Assembly (NCBI GenBank): GCA_964016885.1 | Contig: OZ024743.1 | Location: 208,754,001 to 208,818,000, forward strand | DNA: 64,000 nucleotides | Direction of reading: 5' to 3' | Source of the DNA: Eledone cirrhosa | Taxonomy: Eukaryota | Part shown: in pieces, positions 28,801-43,570 of the stretch | Layout: every line of letters begins with the position of its first letter | Position numbering within the stretch: the stretch's first letter is position 1 | Notes under the pieces: generated by a model | Database searches by the model: none | Told to the model about the DNA's origin: nothing | What the model saw: the letters and a program-made list of their open reading frames with translations, nothing else | Made by a program: the position numbers and the translations under genes

Positions 28801-30850
28801 CACTCCATAAGATATACCACAGTTTACCCTCATATAGCCACACATGAAAGCTCTTCACTCCATGAGATATACCACAGTTTACCATCCTATAGCCACACAT
28901 GAAAGCTCTTCACTCCATAAGATATACCACAGTTTACCATCCTATAGCCAGATGAAAGCTCTTCACTCCATAAGATATACCACAGTTTACCATCCTATAG
29001 CCACACATGAAAGCTCTTCACTCCATAAGATATACCACAGTTTACCATCCTATAGCCACACATGAAAGCTCTTCACTCCATAAGATATACCACAGTTTAC
29101 CATCCTATAGCCACACATGAAAGCTCTTCACTCCATAAGATATACCACAGTTTACCATCCTATAGCCAGATGAAAGCTCTTCACTCCATAAGATATACCA
29201 CAGTTTACATCCTATAGCCACACATGGAAGCTCTTCACTCCATAAGATATACCACAGTTTACCATCCTATAGCCACACATGAAAGCTCTTCACTCCATAA
29301 GATATACCACAGTTTACCATCCTATAGCCACACATGGAAGCTCTTCACTCCATAAGATATACCACAGTTTACCATCCTATAGCCAGATAAAAGCTCTTCA
29401 CTCCATAAGATATACCACAGTTTACCATCCTATAGCCACACATGAAAGCTGTTCACTCCATAAGATATACCACAGTTTACCATCCTATAGCCACACATGA
29501 AAGCTCTTCACTCCATAAGATATACCACAGTTTACCATCCTATAGCCACACATGGAAGCTCTTCACTCCATGAGATATACCACAGTTTTACCATCCTATA
29601 GCCACACATGAAAGCTCTTCACTCCATAAGATATACCACAGTTTACCATCCTATAGCCAGATGAAAGCTCTTCATTCCATAAGATATACCACAGTTTACC
29701 ATCCTATAGCCACACATGAAAGCTCTTCACTCCATAAGATATACCACAGTTTACCATCCTATAGCCACACATGAAAGCTCTACACTCCATAAGATATACC
29801 ACAGTTTACCATCCTATAGCCACAGATGAAAGCTCTTCACTCCATATCATATACCACAGTTTACCATCCTATAGCCACACATGAGAGCTCTTCACTCCAT
29901 TAGATATACCGCAGTTTACAATCCTATAGTCACACATGAAAGCTCTTCACTCCATAAGATATACCACAGTTTACCATCCTATAGCCACAGATGAAAGCTC
30001 TTCACTCCATAACATATACCACAGTTTACCATCCTATAGCCAGATGAAAGCTCTTCACTACATAAGATATACCACAGTTTACCATCCTATAGCCACACAT
30101 GAAAGCTCTTCACTCCATAAGATATAACACAGTTTACCATCCAATAGCCACAGATGAAAGCTCTTCACCCCATAAGATATACCACAGTTTACCATCCTAT
30201 AGCCACACATGAAAGCTCTTCACCCCATAAGATATACCACAGTTTACCATCCTATTGCCACAGATGAAAGCTGTTCACTCCATAAGATATACCACAGTTT
30301 ACCATCCTATACCCACACATGAAAGATCTTCACTCCATAAGATATACCACAGTTTACCATCCTATAGCCACACATGAAAGCTCTTCACTCCATAAGATAT
30401 ACCACAGTTTACCATCCTATAGCCACAGATGAAAGCTCTTCACTCCATAAGATATACCACAGTTTATCATCCTATAGCCAGATGAAAGCTCTTCACTCCA
30501 TAAGATATACCACAGTTTACCATCCTATAGCCACGCCACGGATGAAAGCCCTTCACTCCATAAGATATACCACAGTTTACCATCCTAGAGCCACAGATGA
30601 AAGCTCTTCACTCCATAAGATATACCACAGTTTACCATCATGTGGCCACACATGAAAGCTCTTCACTCCATAAGATATACCACAGTTTACCATCCTATAG
30701 CCACAGATGAAAGCTCTTCACTCCATAAGATATAACACAGTTTACCATCCTATAGCCACACATGAAAGCTCTTCACTCCATAAGATATACCACAGTTTAC
30801 AATCCTATAGCCACACATGAAAGCTCTTCACTCCATAAGATATACCACAG
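25860..30850. repeat. Duplicated block: ~25860-27480 repeated at ~29255-30850 (offset 3,395)
   Basis: Landmarks 25884/29279, 26541/29936 and 26979/30374. Shared private T insertion CAGTTTTACC (~26191/29586) and CCAATAG (~26747/30142). Confidence 0.88.
27980..29250. repeat. Local duplicated block, offset 816 bp
   Basis: Landmarks 28028/28844. Shared CCCTCATATAG and the 1-bp deletion GTTTACATCC (~28391/29207) followed by ATGGAAG. Confidence 0.8.
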
Positions 30851-33800
30851 TTTACCATCCTATAGCAAAACATGAAAGCTCTTCACTCCATAAGATATAC
30901 CACAGTTTACCATCCTATGGCCACAGATGAAAGCTCTTCACTCCATGAGATATACCACAGTTTACTATCCTATAGCAAAACATGAAAGCTCTTCACTCCA
31001 TGAGATATACCACAGTTTACCACGCTATGGCCACAGATGAAAGCTCTTCACTCCATAAGATATACCACAGTTTACCATCCTATAGTCACACATGAAAGCT
31101 CTTCACTCCATAAGATATACCACAGTTTACCATCCTATAACCAGATGAAAGCTCTTCACTCCATAAGATATACCACAGTTTACCATCCTATAGCTACAGA
31201 TGAAAGCTGTTCACTCCATAAGATATACCACAGTTTACCCTCATATAGCCACACATGAATGCTCTTCACTCCATAAGATATACCACAATTTACCATCCTA
31301 TAGCCACACATGAAAGCCCTTCACTCAATAAGATATACCACAGCTTACCATCCTATAGCCACAAATGAAAGCTCTTCACTCCATAAGATATACCACAGTT
31401 TACCATCCTATAGCCACACATGGAAGCTCTTCACTCCATGAGATATACCACAGTTTACCATCCTGTAGCCACACATGAAAGCTTTTCATTCCATAAGATA
31501 TACCACAGTTTACCATCCTATAGCCAGATGAAAGCTCTTCACTCCATAAGATATACCACAGTTTACCATCCTATAGCCACAAATGAAAGCTCTTCACTCC
31601 ATAAGATATACCACAGTTTACCATCCTATAGCCAGATGAAAGCTCTTCACTCCATAAGATATACCACAGTTTACCATCCTATAGCCACACATGAAAGCTT
31701 TTCATTCCATAAGATATACCACAGTTTACCATCCTATAGCCAGATAAAAGCTCTTCACTCCATAAGATATACCACAGTTTACCATCCTATAGACACACAT
31801 GAAAGCTCTTCACTCCATAAGATATACCACAGTTTACCATCCTATAGCCACACATGAAAGCTCTTCACTCCATAAGATATACCACAGTTTACCATCCTAT
31901 AGCCACACATGAAAGCTCTTCACTCCATAAGATATACCACAGTTTACCATCCTATAGCCAGATGAAAGCTCTTCACTCCATAAGATATACCACAGTTTAC
32001 CATCCTATAGCCACAGATGAAAGCTCTTCACTCCATAAGATATACCACAGTTTACCATCCTATAGCCAGATAAAAGCTCTTCACTCCATAAGATATACCA
32101 CAGTTTACCATCCTATAGCCACACATGAAAGCTCTTCACTCCATAAGATATACCACAGTTTACCATCCTATAGCCACACATGAAAGCTCTTCACTCCATA
32201 AGATATACCACAGTTTACCATCCTATAGCCACACATGAAAGCTCTTCACTCCATAAGATATACCACAGTTTACCATCCTAGAGCCACACATGGAAGCTCT
32301 TCACTCCATGAGATATACCACAGTTTACCATCCTATAGCCACACGTGAAAGCTCTTCACTCCATAAGATATACCACAGTTTACCATCCTATAGCCAGATG
32401 AAAGCTCTTCAATCCATAAGATATACCACAGTTTACCATCCTATAGCCACACATGAAAGCTCTTCACTCCATAAGATATACCACAGTTTACCATCCTATA
32501 GCCACACATGAAAGTTCTTCACTCCATAAGATATACCACAGTTTACCATCATATAGCCACACATGAAAGCTCTTCACTCCATAAGATATAACACAGTTTA
32601 CCATCCTATAGCCACAGATGAAAGCTCTTCACTCCATAACATATACCACAGTTTACCATCCTATAGCCAGATGAAAGCTCTTCACTCCATAAGATATACC
32701 ACAGTTTACCATCCTATAGCCACACATAAAAGCTCTTCACTCCATAAGATATAACACAGTTTACCATCCTATAGCCACAGATGAAAGCTCATCACCCTAT
32801 AAGATATACCACAGTTTACCATCCTATAGCCACACATGAAAGCTCTTCACCCCATAAGATATACCACAGTTTACCATCCTATTGCCACAGATGAAAGCTG
32901 TTCACTCCATAAGATATACCACAGTTTACCATCCTATAGCCACACATGAAAGCTCTTCACTCCATAAGATATACCACAGTTTACCATCCTATAGCCACAC
33001 ATGAAAGCTCTTCACTCCATAAGATATACCACATTTAACCATCCTATAGCCACAGATGAAAGCTCTTCACTCCATAAGATATACCACAGTTTATCATCCT
33101 ATAGCCAGATGAAAGCTCTTCACTCCATAAGATATACCACAGTTTACCATCCTATAGCCACGCCACGGACGAAAGCTCTTCACTCCATAAGATATACCAC
33201 AGTTTACCATCCTAGAGCGACAGATGAAAGCTCTTCACTCCATAAGATATACCACAGTTTACCATCATGTGGCCACACATGAAAGCTCTTCACTCCATAA
33301 GATATACCACAGTTTACCATCCTATAGCCACAAATGAAAGCTCTTCACTCCATAAGATATAACACAGTTTACCATCCTATAGCCACACATGAAAGCTCTT
33401 CACTCCATAAGATATACCACAGTTTACAATCCTATAGCCACACATGAAAGCTCTTCACTCCATAAGATATACCACAGTTTACCATCCTATAGCCACACAT
33501 GAAAGCTCTTCACTCCATAAGATATACCACAGTTTACCATCCTAGAGCCACAGATGAAAGCTCTTCACTCCATAAGATATACCACAGTTTACCATCATGT
33601 GGCCACACATGAAAGCTCTTCACTCCATAAGATATACCACAGTTTACCATCCTATAGCCACAGATGAAAGCTCTTCACTCCATAAGATATAACACAGTTT
33701 ACCATCCTATAGCCACACATGAAAGCTCTTCACTCCATAAGATATACCACAGTTTACAATCCTATAGCCACACATGAAAGCTCTTCACTCCATAAGATAT

Positions 33801-36800
33801 ACCACAGTTTACCATCCTATAGCCACACATGAAAGCTCTTAACTCCATAAGATATACCACAGTTTACCATCCTATAGCAAAACATGAAAGCTCTTCACTC
33901 CATAAGATATACCACAGTTTACCATCCTATGGCCACAGATGAAAGCTCTTCACTCCATGAGATATACCACAGTTTACTATCCTATAGCAAAACATGAAAG
34001 CTCTTCACTCCATGAGATATACCACAGTTTACCACGCTATGGCCACAGATGAAAGCTCTTCACTCCATAAGATATACCACAGTTTACCATCCTATAGTCA
34101 CACATGAAAGCTCTTCACTCCATAAGATATACCACAGTTTACCATCCTATAACCAGATGAAAGCTCTTCACTCCATAAGATATACCACAGTTTACCATCC
34201 TATAGCTACAGATGAAAGCTGTTCACTCCATAAGATATACCACAGTTTACCCTCATATAGCCACACATGAATGCTCTTCACTCCATAAGATATACCACAA
34301 TTTACCATCCTATAGCCACACATGAAAGCCCTTCACTCAATAAGATATACCACAGCTTACCATCCTATAGCCACAAATGAAAGCTCTTCACTCCATAAGA
34401 TATACCACAGTTTACCATCCTATAGCCACACATGGAAGCTCTTCACTCCATGAGATATACCACAGTTTACCATCCTGTAGCCACACATGAAAGCTTTTCA
34501 TTCCATAAGATATACCACAGTTTACCATCCTATAGCCAGATGAAAGCTCTTCACTCCATAAGATATACCACAGTTTACCATCCTATAGCCACAAATGAAA
34601 GCTCTTCACTCCATAAGATATACCACAGTTTACCATCCTATAGCCAGATGAAAGCTCTTCACTCCATAAGATATACCACAGTTTACCATCCTATAGCCAC
34701 ACATGAAAGCTTTTCATTCCATAAGATATACCACAGTTTACCATCCTATAGCCAGATAAAAGCTCTTCACTCCATAAGATATACCACAGTTTACCATCCT
34801 ATAGACACACATGAAAGCTCTTCACTCCATAAGATATACCACAGTTTACCATCCTATAGCCACACATGAAAGCTCTTCACTCCATAAGATATACCACAGT
34901 TTACCATCCTATAGCCACACATGAAAGCTCTTCACTCCATAAGATATACCACAGTTTACCATCCTATAGCCAGATGAAAGCTCTTCACTCCATAAGATAT
35001 ACCACAGTTTACCATCCTATAGCCACAGATGAAAGCTCTTCACTCCATAAGATATACCACAGTTTACCATCCTATAGCCAGATAAAAGCTCTTCACTCCA
35101 TAAGATATACCACAGTTTACCATCCTATAGCCACACATGAAAGCTCTTCACTCCATAAGATATACCACAGTTTACCATCCTATAGCCACACATGAAAGCT
35201 CTTCACTCCATAAGATATACCACAGTTTACCATCCTATAGCCACACATGAAAGCTCTTCACTCCATAAGATATACCACAGTTTACCATCCTAGAGCCACA
35301 CATGGAAGCTCTTCACTCCATGAGATATACCACAGTTTACCATCCTATAGCCACACGTGAAAGCTCTTCACTCCATAAGATATACCACAGTTTACCATCC
35401 TATAGCCAGATGAAAGCTCTTCAATCCATAAGATATACCACAGTTTACCATCCTATAGCCACACATGAAAGCTCTTCACTCCATAAGATATACCACAGTT
35501 TACCATCCTATAGCCACACATGAAAGTTCTTCACTCCATAAGATATACCACAGTTTACCATCATATAGCCACACATGAAAGCTCTTCACTCCATAAGATA
35601 TAACACAGTTTACCATCCTATAGCCACAGATGAAAGCTCTTCACTCCATAACATATACCACAGTTTACCATCCTATAGCCAGATGAAAGCTCTTCACTCC
35701 ATAAGATATACCACAGTTTACCATCCTATAGCCACACATAAAAGCTCTTCACTCCATAAGATATAACACAGTTTACCATCCTATAGCCACAGATGAAAGC
35801 TCATCACCCTATAAGATATACCACAGTTTACCATCCTATAGCCACACATGAAAGCTCTTCACCCCATAAGATATACCACAGTTTACCATCCTATTGCCAC
35901 AGATGAAAGCTGTTCACTCCATAAGATATACCACAGTTTACCATCCTATAGCCACACATGAAAGCTCTTCACTCCATAAGATATACCACAGTTTACCATC
36001 CTATAGCCACACATGAAAGCTCTTCACTCCATAAGATATACCACATTTAACCATCCTATAGCCACAGATGAAAGCTCTTCACTCCATAAGATATACCACA
36101 GTTTATCATCCTATAGCCAGATGAAAGCTCTTCACTCCATAAGATATACCACAGTTTACCATCCTATAGCCACGCCACGGACGAAAGCTCTTCACTCCAT
36201 AAGATATACCACAGTTTACCATCCTAGAGCGACAGATGAAAGCTCTTCACTCCATAAGATATACCACAGTTTACCATCATGTGGCCACACATGAAAGCTC
36301 TTCACTCCATAAGATATACCACAGTTTACCATCCTATAGCCACAAATGAAAGCTCTTCACTCCATAAGATATAACACAGTTTACCATCCTATAGCCACAC
36401 ATGAAAGCTCTTCACTCCATAAGATATACCACAGTTTACAATCCTATAGCCACACATGAAAGCTCTTCACTCCATAAGATATACCACAGTTTACCATCCT
36501 ATAGCCACACATGAAAGCTCTTCACTCCATAAGATATACCACAGTTTACCATCCTATAGCCACACATGAAAGCTCTTCACTCCATAAGATATACCACATT
36601 TAACCATCCTATAGCCACAGATGAAAGCTCTTCACTCCATAAGATATACCACAGTTTATCATCCTATAGCCAGATGAAAGCTCTTCACTCCATAAGATAT
36701 ACCACAGTTTACCATCCTATAGCCACGCCACGGACGAAAGCTCTTCACTCCATAAGATATACCACAGTTTACCATCCTAGAGCGACAGATGAAAGCTCTT

Positions 36801-39800
36801 CACTCCATAAGATATACCACAGTTTACCATCATGTGGCCACACATGAAAGCTCTTCACTCCATAAGATATACCACAGTTTACCATCCTATAGCCACAAAT
36901 GAAAGCTCTTCACTCCATAAGATATAACACAGTTTACCATCCTATAGCCACACATGAAAGCTCTTCACTCCATAAGATATACCACAGTTTACAATCCTAT
37001 AGCCACACATGAAAGCTCTTCACTCCATAAGATATACCACAGTTTACCATCCTATAGCCACACATGAAAGCTCTTCACTCCATAAGATATACCACAGTTT
37101 ACCATCCTAGAGCCACAGATGAAAGCTCTTCACTCCATAAGATATACCACAGTTTACCATCATGTGGCCACACATGAAAGCTCTTCACTCCATAAGATAT
37201 ACCACAGTTTACCATCCTATAGCCACAGATGAAAGCTCTTCACTCCATAAGATATAACACAGTTTACCATCCTATAGCCACACATGAAAGCTCTTCACTC
37301 CATAAGATATACCACAGTTTACAATCCTATAGCCACACATGAAAGCTCTTCACTCCATAAGATATACCACAGTTTACCATCCTATAGCCACACATGAAAG
37401 CTCTTAACTCCATAAGATATACCACAGTTTACCATCCTATAGCAAAACATGAAAGCTCTTCACTCCATAAGATATACCACAGTTTACCATCCTATGGCCA
37501 CAGATGAAAGCTCTTCACTCCATGAGATATACCACAGTTTACTATCCTATAGCAAAACATGAAAGCTCTTCACTCCATGAGATATACCACAGTTTACCAC
37601 GCTATGGCCACAGATGAAAGCTCTTCACTCCATAAGATATACCACAGTTTACCATCCTATAGTCACACATGAAAGCTCTTCACTCCATAAGATATACCAC
37701 AGTTTACCATCCTATAACCAGATGAAAGCTCTTCACTCCATAAGATATACCACAGTTTACCATCCTATAGCTACAGATGAAAGCTGTTCACTCCATAAGA
37801 TATACCACAGTTTACCCTCATATAGCCACACATGAATGCTCTTCACTCCATAAGATATACCACAATTTACCATCCTATAGCCACACATGAAAGCCCTTCA
37901 CTCAATAAGATATACCACAGCTTACCATCCTATAGCCACAAATGAAAGCTCTTCACTCCATAAGATATACCACAGTTTACCATCCTATAGCCACACATGG
38001 AAGCTCTTCACTCCATGAGATATACCACAGTTTACCATCCTGTAGCCACACATGAAAGCTTTTCATTCCATAAGATATACCACAGTTTACCATCCTATAG
38101 CCAGATGAAAGCTCTTCACTCCATAAGATATACCACAGTTTACCATCCTATAGCCACAAATGAAAGCTCTTCACTCCATAAGATATACCACAGTTTACCA
38201 TCCTATAGCCAGATGAAAGCTCTTCACTCCATAAGATATACCACAGTTTACCATCCTATAGCCACACATGAAAGCTTTTCATTCCATAAGATATACCACA
38301 GTTTACCATCCTATAGCCAGATAAAAGCTCTTCACTCCATAAGATATACCACAGTTTACCATCCTATAGACACACATGAAAGCTCTTCACTCCATAAGAT
38401 ATACCACAGTTTACCATCCTATAGCCACACATGAAAGCTCTTCACTCCATAAGATATACCACAGTTTACCATCCTATAGCCACACATGAAAGCTCTTCAC
38501 TCCATAAGATATACCACAGTTTACCATCCTATAGCCAGATGAAAGCTCTTCACTCCATAAGATATACCACAGTTTACCATCCTATAGCCACAGATGAAAG
38601 CTCTTCACTCCATAAGATATACCACAGTTTACCATCCTATAGCCAGATAAAAGCTCTTCACTCCATAAGATATACCACAGTTTACCATCCTATAGCCACA
38701 CATGAAAGCTCTTCACTCCATAAGATATACCACAGTTTACCATCCTATAGCCACACATGAAAGCTCTTCACTCCATAAGATATACCACAGTTTACCATCC
38801 TATAGCCACACATGAAAGCTCTTCACTCCATAAGATATACCACAGTTTACCATCCTAGAGCCACACATGGAAGCTCTTCACTCCATGAGATATACCACAG
38901 TTTACCATCCTATAGCCACACGTGAAAGCTCTTCACTCCATAAGATATACCACAGTTTACCATCCTATAGCCAGATGAAAGCTCTTCAATCCATAAGATA
39001 TACCACAGTTTACCATCCTATAGCCACACATGAAAGCTCTTCACTCCATAAGATATACCACAGTTTACCATCCTATAGCCACACATGAAAGTTCTTCACT
39101 CCATAAGATATACCACAGTTTACCATCATATAGCCACACATGAAAGCTCTTCACTCCATAAGATATAACACAGTTTACCATCCTATAGCCACAGATGAAA
39201 GCTCTTCACTCCATAACATATACCACAGTTTACCATCCTATAGCCAGATGAAAGCTCTTCACTCCATAAGATATACCACAGTTTACCATCCTATAGCCAC
39301 ACATAAAAGCTCTTCACTCCATAAGATATAACACAGTTTACCATCCTATAGCCACAGATGAAAGCTCATCACCCTATAAGATATACCACAGTTTACCATC
39401 CTATAGCCACACATGAAAGCTCTTCACCCCATAAGATATACCACAGTTTACCATCCTATTGCCACAGATGAAAGCTGTTCACTCCATAAGATATACCACA
39501 GTTTACCATCCTATAGCCACACATGAAAGCTCTTCACTCCATAAGATATACCACAGTTTACCATCCTATAGCCACACATGAAAGCTCTTCACTCCATAAG
39601 ATATACCACATTTAACCATCCTATAGCCACAGATGAAAGCTCTTCACTCCATAAGATATACCACAGTTTATCATCCTATAGCCAGATGAAAGCTCTTCAC
39701 TCCATAAGATATACCACAGTTTACCATCCTATAGCCACGCCACGGACGAAAGCTCTTCACTCCATAAGATATACCACAGTTTACCATCCTAGAGCGACAG

Positions 39801-40121
39801 ATGAAAGCTCTTCACTCCATAAGATATACCACAGTTTACCATCATGTGGCCACACATGAAAGCTCTTCACTCCATAAGATATACCACAGTTTACCATCCT
39901 ATAGCCACAAATGAAAGCTCTTCACTCCATAAGATATAACACAGTTTACCATCCTATAGCCACACATGAAAGCTCTTCACTCCATAAGATATACCACAGT
40001 TTACAATCCTATAGCCACACATGAAAGCTCTTCACTCCATAAGATATACCACAGTTTACCATCCTATAGCCACACATGAAAGCTCTTCACTCCATAAGAT
40101 ATACCACAGTTTACCATCCTA
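30830..40121. repeat. Higher-order repeat: ~2.9 copies of a 3,012-bp (55-monomer) unit; the second copy carries an extra 553 bp
   Basis: Offsets of 3,012 (31037/34049, 33001/36013, 36566/39578) and 3,565 = 3,012+553 (34049/37614). Private variants GAATGC, CAATCCAT, CATCACCCTAT, ACATTTAACC, CACGGACG and GAGCGAC recur in each copy. 55x55 - 9x2 + 5 = 3,012. Confidence 0.93.
36013..37108. repeat. Nested duplication, 2 x 553 bp (10 monomers)
   Basis: ACATTTAACC at ~36043/36596 and 60-mers at 36169/36722. 8x55+53+60 = 553. Confidence 0.9.
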
Positions 40122-42649
40122 TAGCAAAACATGAAAGCTCCTCACTCCATAAGATATACCACAGTTTACCATCCTATAGCCACAGATGAAAGCTCTTCAC
40201 TCCATAAGATATACCACAGTTTACCATCCTATAGCCAGATGAAAGTTCTTCATTCCATAAGTTATACCACAGTTTACCATCCTATAGCCACACATGAAAG
40301 CTCTTCACTCCATAAGATATACCACAGTTTACCATCCTATAGCCACAGATGAAAGCTCTTCACTCCATAAGATATACCACAGTTTACCATCCTATAGCCA
40401 GATGAAAGTTCTTCATTCCATAAGTTATACCACAGTTTACCATCCTATAGCCACACATGAAAGCTCTTCACTCCATAAGATATACCACAGTTTACCATCC
40501 TATAGCCAGATGAAAGCTTTTCACTCTATAAGATATACCACAGTTTACCATCCTATAGCCACACATGAAAGATCTTCACTCCATAAGATATACCCCAGTT
40601 CACCATCCTATAGCCACACATGAAAGCTCTTCACTCCATAAGATATACCACAGTTTACCATCCTATAGCCACACATGAAAGCTCTTCACTCCATAAGATA
40701 TACCACAGTTTACCATCCTATAGCCACAGATGAAAGCTCTTCACTCCATAAGATATACCACAGTTTACCATCCTATAGGCACACTTGAGAGCTCTTCACT
40801 CCATAAGATATACCACAGTTTACCATGCGATAGCCACACATGAAAGCTCTACACTCCATAAGATATACCACAGTTTACCATCCTATAGCCAGATGAAAGC
40901 TCTTCACTCCATAAGATATACCACAGTTTACCATCCTATAGCCAGATGAAAGTTCTTCACTCCATAAGATATACCAGTTTACCATCCTATAGCCAGATGA
41001 AAGCTCTTCACTCCATAAGATATACCACAGTTTACCATCCTATAGGCACACATGAAAGCTCTTCACTCCATAAGATATAGCACAGTTTACCAACCTATAG
41101 CCAGATGAAAGCTCTTCACTCCATAAAATATAACACAGTTTACCATCCTATAGCCACACATGAAAGCTCCTCACTCCATAAGATATAGCACAGTTTACCA
41201 TCGTATAGCCAGACATGAAAGCTCTTCACTCCATAAGATATACCACAGTTTACCATCCTATAGCCACAGATGAAAGCTCTTCACTCCATAAGATATACCA
41301 CAGTTTACCATCCTATAGCCAGATTAAAGCTCTTCACTCCATAAGACATACCACAGTTTACCATCCTATAGCCACGCATGAAAGCTCTTCACTCCATAAG
41401 ATATACCACAGTTTACCATCCTATAGCCACACCTGAAAGCTCTTCACTCCATAAGATATACCACAGTTTACCATCCTATAGCCACAGATGAAAGCTCTTC
41501 ACTCCATAAGATATACCACAGTTTACCATCCTATAGCCACACATGAGAGCTCTTCACTGCATAAGATATACCACAGTTTACCATCCTATAGCCACACATG
41601 AAAGCTCTTCACTCCATGAGATATACCACAGTTTACCATCCTATAGCCACAGATGAAAGCTCTTCACTACATAAGATATACCACAGTTTACCATCCTATA
41701 GCCACACATGAGAGCTCTTCACTCCATAAGATATACCACAGTTTACCATCCTATAGCCACACATGAAAGCACTTCACTCCATAAGATATACCACAGTTTA
41801 CCATCCTATAGCCACAGATGAAAGCTCTTCACTCCATAAGATATACCACAATTTACCATACTATAGCCACACATGAAAGCTCTTCACTCGATAAGATATA
41901 CCACAGTTTACCATCCTATAGCCAAATGAAAGTTCTTCACTCCATAAGATATACCACAGTTTACCATCCTATAGCCACACATGAAAGTTCTTCACTCCAT
42001 AAGATATACCACAGTTTACCATCCTATAGCCACGCATGAAAGCTCTTCACTCCATAAGATATACCACAGTTTCCCATCCTATAGCCACACATGAAAGCTC
42101 TTCACCCCATAAGATATACCACAGTTTACCATCCTATAGACACAGATGAAAGCTCTTCACTCCATAAGATATACCACAGTTTACCATCCTATAGACACAC
42201 ATGAGAGCTCTTCACTCCATAACATATACCACAGTTTACCATCCTATAGACACACATGAGAGCTCTTCATTCCATAAGATATACCACAGTTTACCATCCT
42301 ATAGCCACACATTAGAGCTCTTCACTCCATAAGATATACCACAGTTTACCATCCTATAGCCCCTCATGAAAGCTCTTCACTCCATAAGATATACCACAGT
42401 TTACTATCCTATAGCCACAGATGAAAGCTCTTCACTCAATAAGATATACCAGAGTTTACCATCCTATAGCCACACATGAAAGCTCTTCACTCCATAAGAT
42501 ATACCACAGTTTACCATCCTATAGCCAGATGAAAGTTCTTGACTCCATAAGATATACCACAGTTTACCATCCTATAGCCACACATGAAAGCTCTTCACTC
42601 TATAAGATATACCACAGTTTACCATCCTATAGCCACAGATGAAAGCTCT

Positions 42650-43570
42650 TCACTCCATAAGATATACCACAGTTTACCATCCTATAGCCACAGATGAAAG
42701 CTCTTCACTCCATAAGATATACCACAGTTTACGATCCTATAGCCACAGATGAAAGCTCTTCACTCCATAACATATACCACAGTTTACCAACCTATAGCCA
42801 GATGAAAGCTCTTCACTCCATAAAATATAACACAGTTTACCATCCTATAGCCACACATGAAAGCTCTTCACTCCATAAGATATAGCACATTTTACCATCC
42901 TATAGCCAGACATGAAAGCTCTTCACTCTATAAGATATACCACAGTTTACCATCCTATAGCCACAGATGAAAGCTCTTCACTCCATAAGATATACCACAG
43001 TTTACCATCCTATAGCCAGATGAAAGCTCTTCCTTCCATAAGATATACCACAGTTTACCATCCTATAGCCACGCATGAAAGCTCTTCACTCCATAAGATA
43101 TACCACAGTTTACCATCCTATAGCCACACATGAAATCTCTTCACTCCATAAGATATACCACAGTTTACCATCCTATAGCCACAGATGAAAGCTCTTCACT
43201 CCATAAGATATACCACAGTTTACGATCCTATAGCCACAGATGAAAGCTCTTCACTCCATAACATATACCACAGTTTACCAACCTATAGCCAGATGAAAGC
43301 TCTTCACTCCATAAAATATAACACAGTTTACCATCCTATAGCCACACATGAAAGCTCTTCACTCCATAAGATATAGCACATTTTACCATCCTATAGCCAG
43401 ACATAAAAGCTCTTCACTCCATAAGATATACCACAGTTTACCATCCTATAGCCACAGATGAAAGCTCTTCACTCCATAAGATATACCACAGTTTACCATC
43501 CTATAGCCAGATGAAAGCTCTTCCTTCCATAAGATATACCACAGTTTACCATCCTATAGCCACGCATGAA
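42650..43570. repeat. Duplication, 2 x 491 bp (9 monomers), with further copies near 45253 and 51474
   Basis: Landmarks 42694/43185. The series TTACGATCC, AACAT+CCAACC, AAAATATAAC, TAGCACATTT, CCTTCC repeats. 7x55+2x53 = 491. Confidence 0.85.

Larger units (their letters stand above)
1..40130. repeat. Satellite sub-domain A (left variant set)
   Basis: Diagnostic variants GCTTTTCATT, ATGGAAG..CATGAG, CATATCATAT, CATCATGTGG, TAGCAAAAC, CACGCTATGG and the TTTATC-53mer/60mer pair recur here. Last GCTTTTCATT ~38275, last CATGTGG ~39843, last GCAAAAC ~40124. Confidence 0.85.

Noticed and set aside
30830-33841. 55 monomers of 55 bp in the 3,012-bp unit, or variant order as an encoded message
   Set aside because: This is a numerical coincidence, since other units have 59 or 89 monomers. 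Variant order is adequately explained by descent through nested duplications.
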